Positions 14,475-26,680 of a stretch of 64,000 nucleotides of DNA are shown here, in pieces. Every line of letters begins with the position of its first letter. The stretch's first letter is position 1. The translations under genes were made by a program, and so were the position numbers. Source of the stretch: the human T2T-CHM13v2.0 reference genome, Homo sapiens. The notes under the pieces are model-generated. The model did not search any database. It was not told the origin of the DNA and saw only the letters and a list, made by a program, of their open reading frames with translations. The stretch lies in assembly GCF_009914755.1 (NCBI RefSeq), contig NC_060928.1. The stretch is one strand, 5' to 3'.

Positions 14475-14813
14475 CAGGGGTCCCCAACACGGGGATGTTG
14501 GACCCATACCAGTCTGTGGCCTGTTCCTAACAGGACGCACAGCAGGAACTATCAGTGGGCAAGGGAGCTTTACCGCCTGAGCTCTGCTTCCTGTCGCATC
14601 AGCCAAGGCATTTGATCTCAGAGGAGTGCGAACCGTACTGTCAACTGCGCCTGCGAATGATCTAGGTTGTGTGCTCCTTATGAGAATCTAATGCCAGATG
14701 ATGATCTGAGGTGAAAAAGTTTCATCCTGACACCATCCATCCTCACGCTTGTTCGTACAAAATGTGTCTTTCACGAAACCTGCCTCTGGTGCCAAAAAGG
14801 TTGGGGATCACTG
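14475..14813 (+). mobile_element. MER1B (hAT-Charlie DNA transposon)
   Basis: caggggtccccaac...tctaggttgtgtgctccttatgagaatctaatgcc...ggtgccaaaaaggttggggatcactg; 339 bp with TIRs. Confidence 0.92.
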
Positions 14814-16889
14814 ATCTAGTTGTTATGTGTCCCCACAACCTGACATATAATGGTACAATAGATGCCTTAAAACTGCAATCAGTACTCACATTTAAAAAGC
14901 AGAAGATACAAGACACATACATAGCAATTTGCAGCAATTCTGGGAAATCTTTTTGATGTACTCCTATTCTGGTGGTAAGAAATGTTCCTTGAATATTCTC
15001 TGATTCTGTCCTGGAAGATAATTCCCATAGTCTAACATTTTTTGTGGTTCTTTGCACCTCTCTGAGAGAATTTACCCTCTTTGTTTTCCTTATTGTCCAT
15101 ACCTTAAGTTCAAATTGGAAGAATATATTACCCTTGACCATTGAATAGTATGCTCAGCCTGATTGCTTTCCAGATAAATTCATTACAAACCTTGGCTGTC
15201 ACTTTATCTTTTAGTCAAGGTTGCAGGTTTTTTTGGCCATAGAAGTCTCTCAATAACTTTTTCAGCTTCTTAACAATTTGCATGCAGTTAGTTTTATGCA
15301 ACAATAATAGTAACCACAGTTCTGTTTGATATAATACATTCTTCTTTCTTAATCACAGATAACTTGAGCTTATCAGATTTTAATGGGCATGTTACACCAT
15401 GAGGCCTTTCCTGAACAATTCTGTCAACAAAAGAGATTTTTTGGGAACCACAATAATTCTTTCAGACGTTTTAACGATCAGTCTATAATGGTCCTCTATT
15501 TGATTTAATCCTCCTGCAAAATAAATTTCAATTGGTATTTTTGCTTATAACATTTCTCATTTTTATCTTAATCTCTTTAGGGTGAAGAAGAAGCAGCCTT
15601 TTCCAACTTAAAAACTTCTCTATTTGTGGATTGTCTATCCTTTTATCTCTGCTTTTACGAGGCCTAATTATTTACTGAGGCTATTTCTTAATTGTAATAG
15701 CTTGTCAAATGCAGCTAATAGAATCCAACATTGGCTACTATAATTCTAATGTCCAACCTATTATCTGAGCATTGCAACAGTCTCAGCTTTATATTCTGAG
15801 TTCCAAAGTATCTCGGGTGATTCTTTAACCAAATGTTTCTGCCACTGAATAACATAGATCTTTATTGTTCAGTTTCCTCACCCTGAAATGATTCATCCAT
15901 AAGATGCTGCCACATGTTTAGGTTTGTTTGTTTTGTTACAGGAGCATTCCTCTTCTGATTCTGATTTCTGCATCATTCAGGATAGATCAGGTGATGCTAT
16001 GATAACAGTCAATCCTAAATCTTGGAGGTTCAAACAATAAATGTTTATATTTTGCTCATTCTGTATGTTCATCATAGGTCAGCAACTCTATTTACTTTTA
16101 AACCAAGAGTGACAGATGGCAAACATGTTGAATGTTGCTAGTCACCACAGCAGAGTGAAAATAGAGCTCTGGAAGGTCTCACTGGCAATTAAATGCTTTT
16201 CAGAAGAATGATATATCTCATTCATGTTCACAAGATTTTGATTAAATCTAGTCAAAAGGCCTCATCCATTTTCAAATGAGGCAGGCCATGAATCCTTATT
16301 CTGAACCAAGAAAGTAGAAGAACTGAAAACGATGAGCAGCACTAACGTCTACTATATATGCTATCTGCGATGGTCATGAATGCAAATATCACACATAGGA
16401 TTTTAAAAATATCAGTGCAATATGGGCAACATAGATAGTACATGGAAAACATTTGTTTGACGCTGAAAGTTCTCCAATCCAGAAAGCATAAGCTAGGAAA
16501 ACAGAGAATATGTTTCCAAATTTGTAAAATATTTGCAGTCAGATGACAAGTTAAAAGATTCCTGTGGAGATAGAAGTCCATGCTTCAGTAGATTGAAGTA
16601 GTTACACATTAGGTAACTTAGAAAACCCTTCTATCAACTGAATAGCAATATTTTCCACAAAATTAACACTTTGCCATCTCTACTCAGTAGGCAAGAATGC
16701 GTAAGAGTTTTGGTCAAGACAGATACTATAAACATGATGTTATTTTAGGCTGATGGCAACGCAGTTAACTTAAAAAGATTGGATACAGCTCTAAGCCATA
16801 GATTATTCAGTTGTTGTTAGCACTATGTTTAAAACACTTGTTGGTTTCCATAGCATAGGAGCTTACTTATTTGTTTTAGTTTAATCCAG

Positions 16890-17340
16890 AGGCATTTAAT
16901 TCAGTTCAATAGATATTACTCCATGTCTCTACATTTTCATTCTGATGGCGAGCCACTATTAAACTACTCAAATAAATAAGACTCTCAAGTAATTAAACAA
17001 CTACTGTGGGAGTGGGGAGAAACATAGACAAAGAGATATTAATATCTAGAATGTGAGTGCTGCAAAATAGCCAGGTTATTGAGCAAGGAGGAATATGTTG
17101 AAGGAATCAGAAAATGCTTTCTACATATACAATATATACAACAATATGTTGATACTGGAATTGAGAAATGGAAACTATGTCATTACATAGAGATGGACCC
17201 AATTATGAGGAATAGAATCAAAGGCAAGGGGACAAAGAAACATTCCAGAAGTTGGGAGAATAGTAATTCAATTAGTTGAACTATAGAGAGTAGCAAATAT
17301 AAGAAAGCACTGAGATCAAAGAAGAAATAAAATTGTGCAG
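16890..17340 (-). mobile_element. L2 remnant
   Basis: Starts with an atttaattcagttcaatagatatt L2 3'-end-like motif followed by a purine-rich L2-like body. Confidence 0.45.
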
Positions 17341-17659
17341 AAGCCAGTCCTGTCCTTCTCTTTACTCAACATCTGAATAAATTTTATATCCTGGCTAATT
17401 ACCTCTACTACTCAAATCTTCATTGATCACTCTCTCTTCTTGAATACAAAAGTATCTACATCACATCACTTAGATCACAATTAAGGGCAGTGTTGATTTT
17501 CACCTGAGTATATAAGTACTTAATTTTTGCCCTTCTGATGGCTGGAATTCTCTGTAGCTGAATTTACTTATTCATGTTCCACATAACAGTGTTGACTATT
17601 AATTATATTAACATAATGTAAAATTATTGTATAAAATGATAATATAATTTGGGGCTCTC

Positions 17660-17830
17660 TGCTCACTTTTTAAAGGTTTGTGTTGGAATACAGCCATACT
17701 CATTTGTTCATGTATTTTCTATTGCTGCTTTCATAATACAACGGCAGAGTTGAATTGTTGTGACAGAGTCGGTCTGGCCTGCAAAGCCCCAAATATTTAC
17801 TAACTGGCCCATTACAGGTAGAGCTCACCA
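17660..17830 (+). mobile_element. MER58A fragment (hAT-Charlie)
   Basis: ttggaatacagccatactcatttg...acaacggcagagttga...gcctgcaaagcc...atatttactaactggccc. Confidence 0.85.
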
Positions 17831-17944
17831 TTCTCTATATAATGCATTTACAAATGTGATAAATATTTTAATAATTATTTCACATACATTTTTATTCTTA
17901 CAACTAAAAGTTATTTGTGGCAGATATTTCCATTTTGTAACCTA

Positions 17945-18040
17945 TTGATTATTATGAATTATTGATTCATAATTGTATCTTAATATTAATTATTAATTAA
18001 TTGTTATGAATTATTGATTATTAATAATTATGAATTAATT
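17945..18040. repeat. AT-rich low-complexity repeat
   Basis: Repeated ttatgaattattgatt units, almost all A/T. Confidence 0.8.
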
Positions 18041-18329
18041 TGTATTCATGCTTGCACAGGCTGCAACTAAGTATTTGTATTTCTCTAAATTTTGCTCCAA
18101 ATTTAATGTATATCATAATGCATTAATTATAATAAATGCACTTATTATAACAAAACATTATGGAAATTTTCTTCAAACTTATAAGTTAAATCAAGAAATT
18201 TGGTATTAGTTCCAAAAGAAAAATGTTGTGAATAATATGCTGATTTCTAATCACAGATAATATAATTATCACTCAAAAAAACCGACCTTTTAGACAGTAA
18301 CAAAAATAATATAACCAATATGTAAGTTC

Positions 18330-18520
18330 ATGAGGTGTAGAATCAGGGAACCCTGGTCTAAAATCCTGGTTCCTTCTTTTTTTAGTTCTGTGGCCTTGAT
18401 CTACTTAGGAATCTTCTGCCTCGGTTTCTTAATTTATAAAATGAATTTCATAAATAGACCTATCTTATAATCTGACTTCATTAAGATAATACTTGAAAAA
18501 GAGCAGGCACTAAATAAATA
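18330..18520 (+). mobile_element. MIR
   Basis: gaatcagggaaccctggtctaaaatcctggttcc...ctgtggccttg...tgcctcggtttcttaatttataaaatg. Confidence 0.75.
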
Positions 18521-19706
18521 TTTTATCATTTCTGTTATTATCATTTATATTTTTATGGTCTCTATGTACCAGATTATCTTAACTGGAAGCATTATTACTG
18601 AAAAAAAAATGAAGTGGTTAGTTAAAGATAAAAAAACAAAATAACAAAATGGCCCCACACATCATAATCATGAATCTATTAATAGTGAGAGAAAACCCTT
18701 ATAGGTAATTTTCTTTGAGTTCATGTTTGCTTTTTTGCTTATCCACCCTTACAATTTACTACTGCATGCTTTTACTTGTTGTCACTAGTTGTATTACTAC
18801 TTTTATCTATGAATTAAACTTTAAAAAACTTAAAAATAAACATCATATTGTTTCTAAGGAAGCCTGTTAAATCTTTATAGACAAAAGATAGCAAAAATCT
18901 ACCCATTTTAACTTAAAATGAGATCAATTTTTTTCACAAAGAAATTCAATACATATTATTTTTTAATGACTATATATAACAGGAATAGCATATCTACCCT
19001 TTTCACCAAAGAGTGAATGTTTTGATAAAGCTTTCAAAACAAACAAAAAAAAAAACAAACATACAGAAGCAAAATAAAAAAGGGTATGTACTGAAGTTGA
19101 CTGATTACAGGGTTTTTTCTTTCACGTTGTGTCTTTTCAAAATTTCAAACGAGTCATGTCTATGCATTACTTGAAATTGAAAAACATGAATCACCAAGCC
19201 TCTCTCACATTACAATATGTCAAGTTTTAACCTTCTAATCTCTAATCAAAAGGATAGGATTACAATTAAAACCTTATGAACAACAGGGATAAATATTTCA
19301 ATACCAAATAATTTATTCTCATAGTACTGTTCATAGTTAAAACACATGCCCATCAACTGGGAAATGAGCTCTCTGTGTCGTTCCCTTCTTTTCAAGCATT
19401 GGAAAATTAATTGATTGGAAACATTGAGGAGATTAATTGGTGAATGTTCATAGTTCATCATAAAGGCATTTAAATATGATGATTATGGTACTTTTGAACT
19501 GTGTGTCAATTCGATTTTTAATAGAAATCACTAAATGAGGAATTAGATTAAAATAATCTCAAACCCCAAGCTAATCTTTTTTAGTTGTCATGCTTTGGAA
19601 AGCATTAATCACAAGTTAACACAGTAGACAAGTAAGGAAACAAAGGAATTCTTGTTGCACTACACAGGAACAAAGATACCTAAGTTCTAACTACTATGAT
19701 AAATAT

Positions 19707-19707
<1 letters not shown>

Positions 19708-19742
<35 letters not shown>
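19708..19742 (+). repeat. (TG)n microsatellite
   Basis: Direct reading, one interruption. Confidence 0.95.
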
Positions 19743-19878
19743 ATTTTGTGTGTTTATGACACAGTGAGAGAGAGAAAGGGAGAGAAAGTGCCTATATAAG
19801 TGATTCATGATTGAATTTATAGTCTTCATATTATAAAGTAAATCCAAGCCATTTTATTTTCCCTTTACCCTTGGAGTT

Positions 19879-20227
19879 TGTCTTAATCCATTTGTATTGC
19901 TATAACGAAGTTCCTGAGACTGGGTAACTTATAAATAAGGGAAATTTATTTCTCACAGTTCTGTAAGCTGGGATATCCAAGACCAAGGTGCCAGCAGGTT
20001 TAGTGTCTGATAGGGGCCCTCTTGCTGTGAGGCCCTCCTCTCATGGCAGAAGGCAGAAGGCAGAAGGAAGGGAAAAAATAGGTTTAAACTAATTCTCTGC
20101 AGCCCTTTAATGACACACAATCCAGTACTCTTTAATCACTTTCTGAAAGGCCTCAACTCTTACCACCACCACACTGAGGATTAAGTTCCAACATGAATTT
20201 TGGAGGGAACACATCCAAGCCATAGCA
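19879..20227 (-). mobile_element. MST-type MaLR solo LTR (MSTB/MSTD-like)
   Basis: tgtcttaatccatttgtattgctataac...gagactgggtaacttataaa...caacatgaattttggaggg...catagca; TSD gagtt. Confidence 0.9.
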
Positions 20228-20231
20228 GAGT

Positions 20232-20995
20232 TGAAACTGCCTTTGCAAAAATTATGACAATGAGAAAAATTTGTATGTCAAATTTTTCTATGTGAAAAAT
20301 TACGACAGTGAAAAAAATCTGACTTAATTGACTCCATCTTGCTTTTAACTTCCAAGTTGCTCTTGTTCATGCCTGGGTGTAGGCCGAACTAGCTATAGGA
20401 GGAATTTAGTGTATAGTTTAATTTTGAAGCAAGGATGGTAACAGCTCTTCCCCCCAAAACTGCCACCTTGCCTGGGGACCAGACTGCTTTTCTAAAACTA
20501 ACAAATTAACCACAAGATTACAAACTATGGCTCAGGAGTCATGCAGCCAGAGCCCACAAGATTCCTAGCCTGCCTCCCCAATTGCTCCTATGGATAACAT
20601 CACTATTGTAAAACCAAAGACTGGTGTTCAAGATATTTTTCAGAGTCTGTGTTCTGATGAACTAGCTGGTGCCACCCAGACTGGTAAGCTGGCTCAACTA
20701 GTTCTGTGATCCAATCCGGGAATGAAGACAAAAAGAATAACCTGCTTCAACCCCCTGATTTTATTGCTGACCCAACGAATCAGCATTCCCCAATCACGGG
20801 TCCTCTGTCTGTTCTATTATCCTTAAAAAACCCTAGTATCCAAACTTTTCGGGAGACTGATTTGACTAATAAAATTCCATTCTTCCATTTAGCCAGCTCT
20901 GCATTTGTTAAAATCTTTCTCTATTGCAATAATTCTGTCTCAGTAAATTGTCTCTATCTGTGCAATGAGCAAGAAGAACCTGTTGGGCAGTTACA
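20232..20995 (+). mobile_element. LTR8A-like ERV1 solo LTR
   Basis: TG...CA; starts tgaaactgcctttgcaaaaattat...gactccatcttgc and ends gaacctgttgggcagttaca; 4-bp TSD gagt/gaat. Confidence 0.9.
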
Positions 20996-21711
20996 GAATT
21001 CTTCCAAAGAAAGAACAAAGGCCCTATCTTTCTTCTAAAAGCTGTAAGTAAATTCCTGTTGGGCCATAATTTTGGCACCTTTTATTCCAAGAATTTGAAG
21101 GCAAGAGGAAACAAAAATTGTGGACTTTACTGAGGAAGACAGAATTACATGTGCTCACTTCTGTGGCCACTGACATAAATGAATATTATAGCCTTATTTC
21201 TGTCAGGCTTCTGTAAGGCACAGTGGAAAATAAATTACATGTTTCTGTACCAATCCAAGCAAGTCTTAAAAAGAACGAGAGTAGGCAGCTTTCTATGTTG
21301 TATGTTGGGACCGCTATTGCTCAGTCTATAAAACAAAACTATGTGCCATTCACTTGAATCAATAGTTTGTTTTTTCATGCAAATATTTCCTATAAGTGTA
21401 ATATTTAAGTTTCTATAAGTTAAGCCCATGTAAGAAGTTCATTGATAGCAAGGCAGAAAAAAGGATGTTTTGAAGGGAATATGTCATTATAGAATATTAA
21501 TTAAAGTTTCTATAAAATGAAAGAAAAAAGTTTCTCTGCAACTAAAGAATATTATGTGATTAAATATATGGTCATGACCTTTGATTTTCCACATATTTCA
21601 TTGTGGGTATTTCAAGTTCAGCATATCAAGAGAAATAGCCACTTACATAGTGTCTATTTATTAAAGTATATACCACAGAGCAACTCCTAAGATTTTATAA
21701 TAAAAATACCT

Positions 21712-21900
21712 CACTTTTTATTGAACACTTGGTATGCACTGAGCCATATGCTAAACCACGTATGCAATGTTACTAACCCCTCTTGATAAAACCGTGAAAT
21801 ATACATCTCTATAGTCATCACTGTCATCATCACCATTTTACAGATGAAGAATCTGACATTAAAAAAATTAACAATTCATTTAAGGTCATATAACAAATTT
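21712..21900 (-). mobile_element. MIR
   Basis: tttattgaacactt...ccattttacagatgaagaatctga...aaggtcata. Confidence 0.8.
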
Positions 21901-22664
21901 GTCAAACATGTTAGGCAAACTTATAGGTACATGTTCTCAAGTCCAATATCTTTAGCAATATTAATCTTTAAAGTTTGGACTTAAAATGCAAACCCTTGAA
22001 ACTGTGGAGCAATTGTCTATTTTATTTTCCCCCCTCTTAATACTTTATATTGCATATATATACAATATGCATTCAACAATAGCCTGTTAATTAATTGTTA
22101 GAAATTCATAATCTTATAAAATTTTTAAATCTATGTCAGCCAGTGTGATAGTAGTTGTGTACTCTTTCTGTATTTTTCTATTAGAAGGAAAGGTTTGAGA
22201 TGTAGTTTACTGTTTAAAAATTAAAAATAAAACGTGCTTCTTTTCTACTGTAACTGGAATGGTGTACTGGCAACAGTATTTAAGAGAAATATTGGCCAAT
22301 ATATGTTTGAATAAATCGATACGTCTTCTGTTTTTATATATCTTATGGAAATGGTTAGTTCACATGTCAGTGCACAGCCTGACCCATGCAACTGTATATT
22401 GGAAACTAGAAGTTATATAGGGTCACTATATGTTCACAAGCATTGAGATGTAGTCATTTTCTCTTTCTCTTGGTTTGATACCAGTATTCAGTAATACTCT
22501 GCATCAAAGATGTGGACTAAAATAGGAGATACAGAAAGACAAAAAAATCAAAAAGCAGCTATAATATTTTATCAAAATACTTTAAAAATTACCAAAGCTA
22601 AAAATGACATTTAACATAGCTGTTTAATACAAATTGATTTCAATAAATGTAATATATTTTATCA

Positions 22665-23028
22665 AAAGTATCAAATAATATCCTTTGCACCAACATGAAT
22701 GGAGCTACAGGCTATAATCCTAAGCAAATCAATGCAGGAACAGAAAACCAAATGCCACACGGTCTCACTTATAAGCTGGAGCTAAGCATTGAGCACAGAT
22801 GGACATAAATACAGGAACAATAGACACTGAATTACTAGAGTGTCAAAGGAGAGAAGGTGGGTTAAAAAACTACCCTGATGCTGACTACCGGGGAGACAGG
22901 ATCCATACTCCTTCCAGACCTCAACATCACACAACATCCCCATGTAACAAATCTGCACGTGTACCACCTGTATCTAAAATAAATTTGAAATTAAAAAAAT
23001 ATACAGATGAATAAAGCTAAAATAATAA
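22665..23028 (+). mobile_element. 5'-truncated L1PA15/16-like 3' end
   Basis: tcctttgcaccaacatgaatggagct...gaacagaaaaccaaat...catgtaacaaatctgcac...tctaaaataaa; perfect 15-bp TSD taatatattttatca (22650-22664 / 23029-23043). Confidence 0.93.
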
Positions 23029-25109
23029 TAATATATTTTATCATTTAAATATTAATCATGTATTCTTCTTTAACAAGATTTCTTTTTCCTTTCAAAAGGA
23101 CAATGAAAACAAAATGAATATTTTATATTTTTTCCACTAATTACTGCAATGAATTTTTTGTCATATAAATATTTTATTGTGAAAAGTAATAATGTTACTT
23201 CTTAATAAATGGAATAATCATAGATAATGTTAAGCAACTTAAGTCATTTGTGACAGTTCATACTTCAATGTAGTAGATTTTTAAATATATTCAGTCTCAT
23301 TATATATATTTCAGTCAAAGTTTCTAGGCAGATTCTTCTTACTGACTCCAACCAACACACTATGCATGATTTTGAGTTAGTCCCTTTACAACAATACATT
23401 AAGCCTAAGGACATATTGGATATTATATACAGTTGGCATACCCTGAATACTTGTCTTTCCTCTGGTATGCTAATGCTGTCACTCCCTTCCCCCTAAATTG
23501 GATGTTGTGGTGGGAGAATTTTCCACATGATCAGTGATGATACATAAGATTGAAATTGTGCAATGCCCAGTATGCACTTATCTTACTTCATTTTTGCATC
23601 AACACTGTGACATTGAATATTATTTTCCCTTTTACTAAAAAAAATTAAATTTGAAGACACTAGTAAGCAGCAGAGCCTGGATTTGAGCTCAATCAAAAAG
23701 GTTTCAAAGCCTGGGTCAAAACTCTCTATATCTATGCATTGTAACACAATTAATTTTAGCATATCCACTAATTTTGCTGACTCCCATCAAAATACAATAG
23801 ATTGGAAAAATAATGACATCACAGAAGGATTTTCAAAACATTCATGGTCATAACCTCATGTGTATTCATCTATCTGTTATTTATATATTTATGTGCATGT
23901 ATGTTAGTATGTGCATGTAATGTAATTTTTTACTTGTAGTTTCTTTTTTACATATGTAATATCAGTTGTATCTTTTCCAATTAATCATTTTAGCAGTTAG
24001 TGATTTTATACTTTGTGATTTTTAAAAAATTTTTTATAACTGCACTTGAAAATAGTAACGATAATACATAATAATTATAATATCTACATGTTAAAAATAT
24101 TTATCAACATTATTATCTGTCGCTATGTTAAATACAAAGGTTAGATTCATAGATGTCCTTGTAGTCTTTCAAAACATTCATAAAAATGCTATAAACTTAA
24201 GGACTTAGAGTTCATCTAGAGGTCTCTTTTCACCTCTTCTTCTATAACCTCTCATTGTTCTTTTTCACACAGTAATCCGTGTGTGTTCTACAGAAGCAAG
24301 AATAATGGCAATATTTAATGACACACTCGCATATTTAATCAAGACCACTTACATCATTATTTTATTCTTCGTGTATTACTCTATGCTTTTTAAAGGCATT
24401 TTGAGAAAAATATATTTATTTTACCCAAATTATTTATTTATTTTTAGAAAACAAATTTGTAAATTATTAACAGTTATACATTTTTAATGTTAAAAGTTAT
24501 TCATGGAAATTGGGTGGTACTTAAATTTTGTATTTATAAGATATTTATCTAGTGTTTCATTTATTTACTATTGCTGACAAATCAATAAATAGGTGGATGT
24601 GTTCAAACCAATACGGGATTTTAAAACAGGGACTTTTCAGTATATAGTTGCATAGATGATGAAATAGATGAAAGGCAACATATTTAGATTTAATGGAAGA
24701 AGATAAAACTGTGAGAACACGAAGAAGCACACAGCTGAGAAGGTTTTCTGATGATAGCAGAGCTATCATTTAGTAATATGACTATTTTGGTCAGGGGATT
24801 TAAAAAAATTTACGTAGGGTGTGAATAAATAGAATAGTTTTTATAAAAAGAGAGACACAAACTATTTGAGTTATAGTTTTCTTTTGGTTATATGTCTCTT
24901 TGGTGCGTGGGCATTATGTTAGATCGTAGAATCAAGTTAAGAGATGAACAACAAAGCGTAAGACTACAACCCAGGGAGTCCCCAGGTTCTTGGCTCTACA
25001 AGCATGTCTACCTTCTTTCTGTCTAGAGTGCTATCATTTATGAGTCATTTCAGCATAATTTTAAAGCATATGTATTTTTGTTCACATTTCAAATTACCAG
25101 GAGATATAG

Positions 25110-25452
<343 letters not shown>

Positions 25453-26640
25453 TGATAGGCTTATTTTAATATTTAATCCAGGAGTGTTTTTTTTATTGTT
25501 ATCCATCTTTGAGGACTTGACAGGAAACAGTCACTGGAGGAAATATTGTGAGCCAAACAGTCATCTTAAACTGTAATGCACAAAACATTTGAGAAGTAAA
25601 TACTTGTCTGGCAGTACATAAACTGTAGGCTTTCAACGTGATGGTGTATAGTGTATCAGGAAGGCAAACTCAAAAAGATCTGGATTCTGGGGGAATGGTA
25701 AAGAATGGAGTCTATCAGGTCAGATTAACAGTCATCTGCTGGGTACCCCTACAGAAGTAACTAAACTCTATCTCTCACTTTTCCACCTGGAAATTTAAAG
25801 TAATAACAGTATCTTGTATTTTAGTCACAGGTTGTGTGCTTTAATGAAATGTCTGTGAGGCCCATCCGCTCACTGAAATCAAGATATTATTTTCTCAAAA
25901 ATGGTTACTCTATTACTGAAAAAAGAGAGCGTTCAGGATTAGCATTCTTACTCATTGCTCCATTTTGAAATAGGTGAGCAATGTATTAAAATTAGTCAGA
26001 GGAAATGTCAGGAGACTGCAAGCAACTTCTTGAAATCATGATGATTCACATAAGCCGATATCTACTATTTCTGCATCTATAAAACTAAAGGGTAGGGAAG
26101 ACAGTTTTTCCTCTCTGTCCTTGTATCTCCCTCATAAGTTTTGGTAAAGATAGTAATTACTTTGGATGCAAGAATATATTTATAAAAATAGTAAGTTACA
26201 CATGACAGTATAGCAGCATTTAGGTCAATAGTAAGTCTAACAAAATATAATTAGATAGTATAACGAAAGAACAGATGGCTTTTACATAATTCTGACCATG
26301 TATATTTGAGCCTTTGCAATTTGAGTCTTGCAAATTATCTCCCAAAACAGTTTGTATGAGCTTGTACCAACATTTCCTATGCAGTAGCATCCCTTAATTT
26401 GCCATCTCCTCCCTTCCTTCATGTATAACTAGCCTGAGAGAATGCAGGCAACTTCCTGCAAGTATTATAGTTACCCGCAAAGCAAACACAATCATGGAGA
26501 CCTAAGAGGATATCAGGTAAGTTTCCTAAAATAGGTCTTTTCATTAACCAAGAAATTAAATTTCCTTTGGAAAAAGTCTAAACTCTTGGGTATTATTAAA
26601 CTTGTGAACCAAAACTGTTTTTAGGACTGTCATTAATATT

Positions 26641-26680
26641 TTCTCTCTCTCTTTCTCTCTCTCTCATTTCCTCTCTTCTG
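26641..26680 (+). repeat. (CT)n imperfect microsatellite
   Basis: Direct reading. Confidence 0.85.

Larger units (their letters stand above)
13233..16356 (-). mobile_element. Two-LTR MaLR provirus (MLT1L/K/J-like): LTR 13233-13582, internal 13583-15968, LTR 15969-16356
   Basis: Both LTRs start like TGTATTAGTCAGGATAGG and end like GCACTAATGACTACCACA. The internal end (ttgttacaggagcattcctcttctgattctgatttc) resembles the antisense MaLR PBS region. The flanks read catgc/tatgc, a 5-bp TSD with 1 mismatch. Confidence 0.8.

Noticed and set aside
14743-15141. 132-aa minus-strand ORF
   Set aside because: Spans MLT1 internal sequence and MER1B; no recognisable domain
20706-21038. 110-aa ORF
   Set aside because: Lies almost entirely within LTR8A; chance ORF
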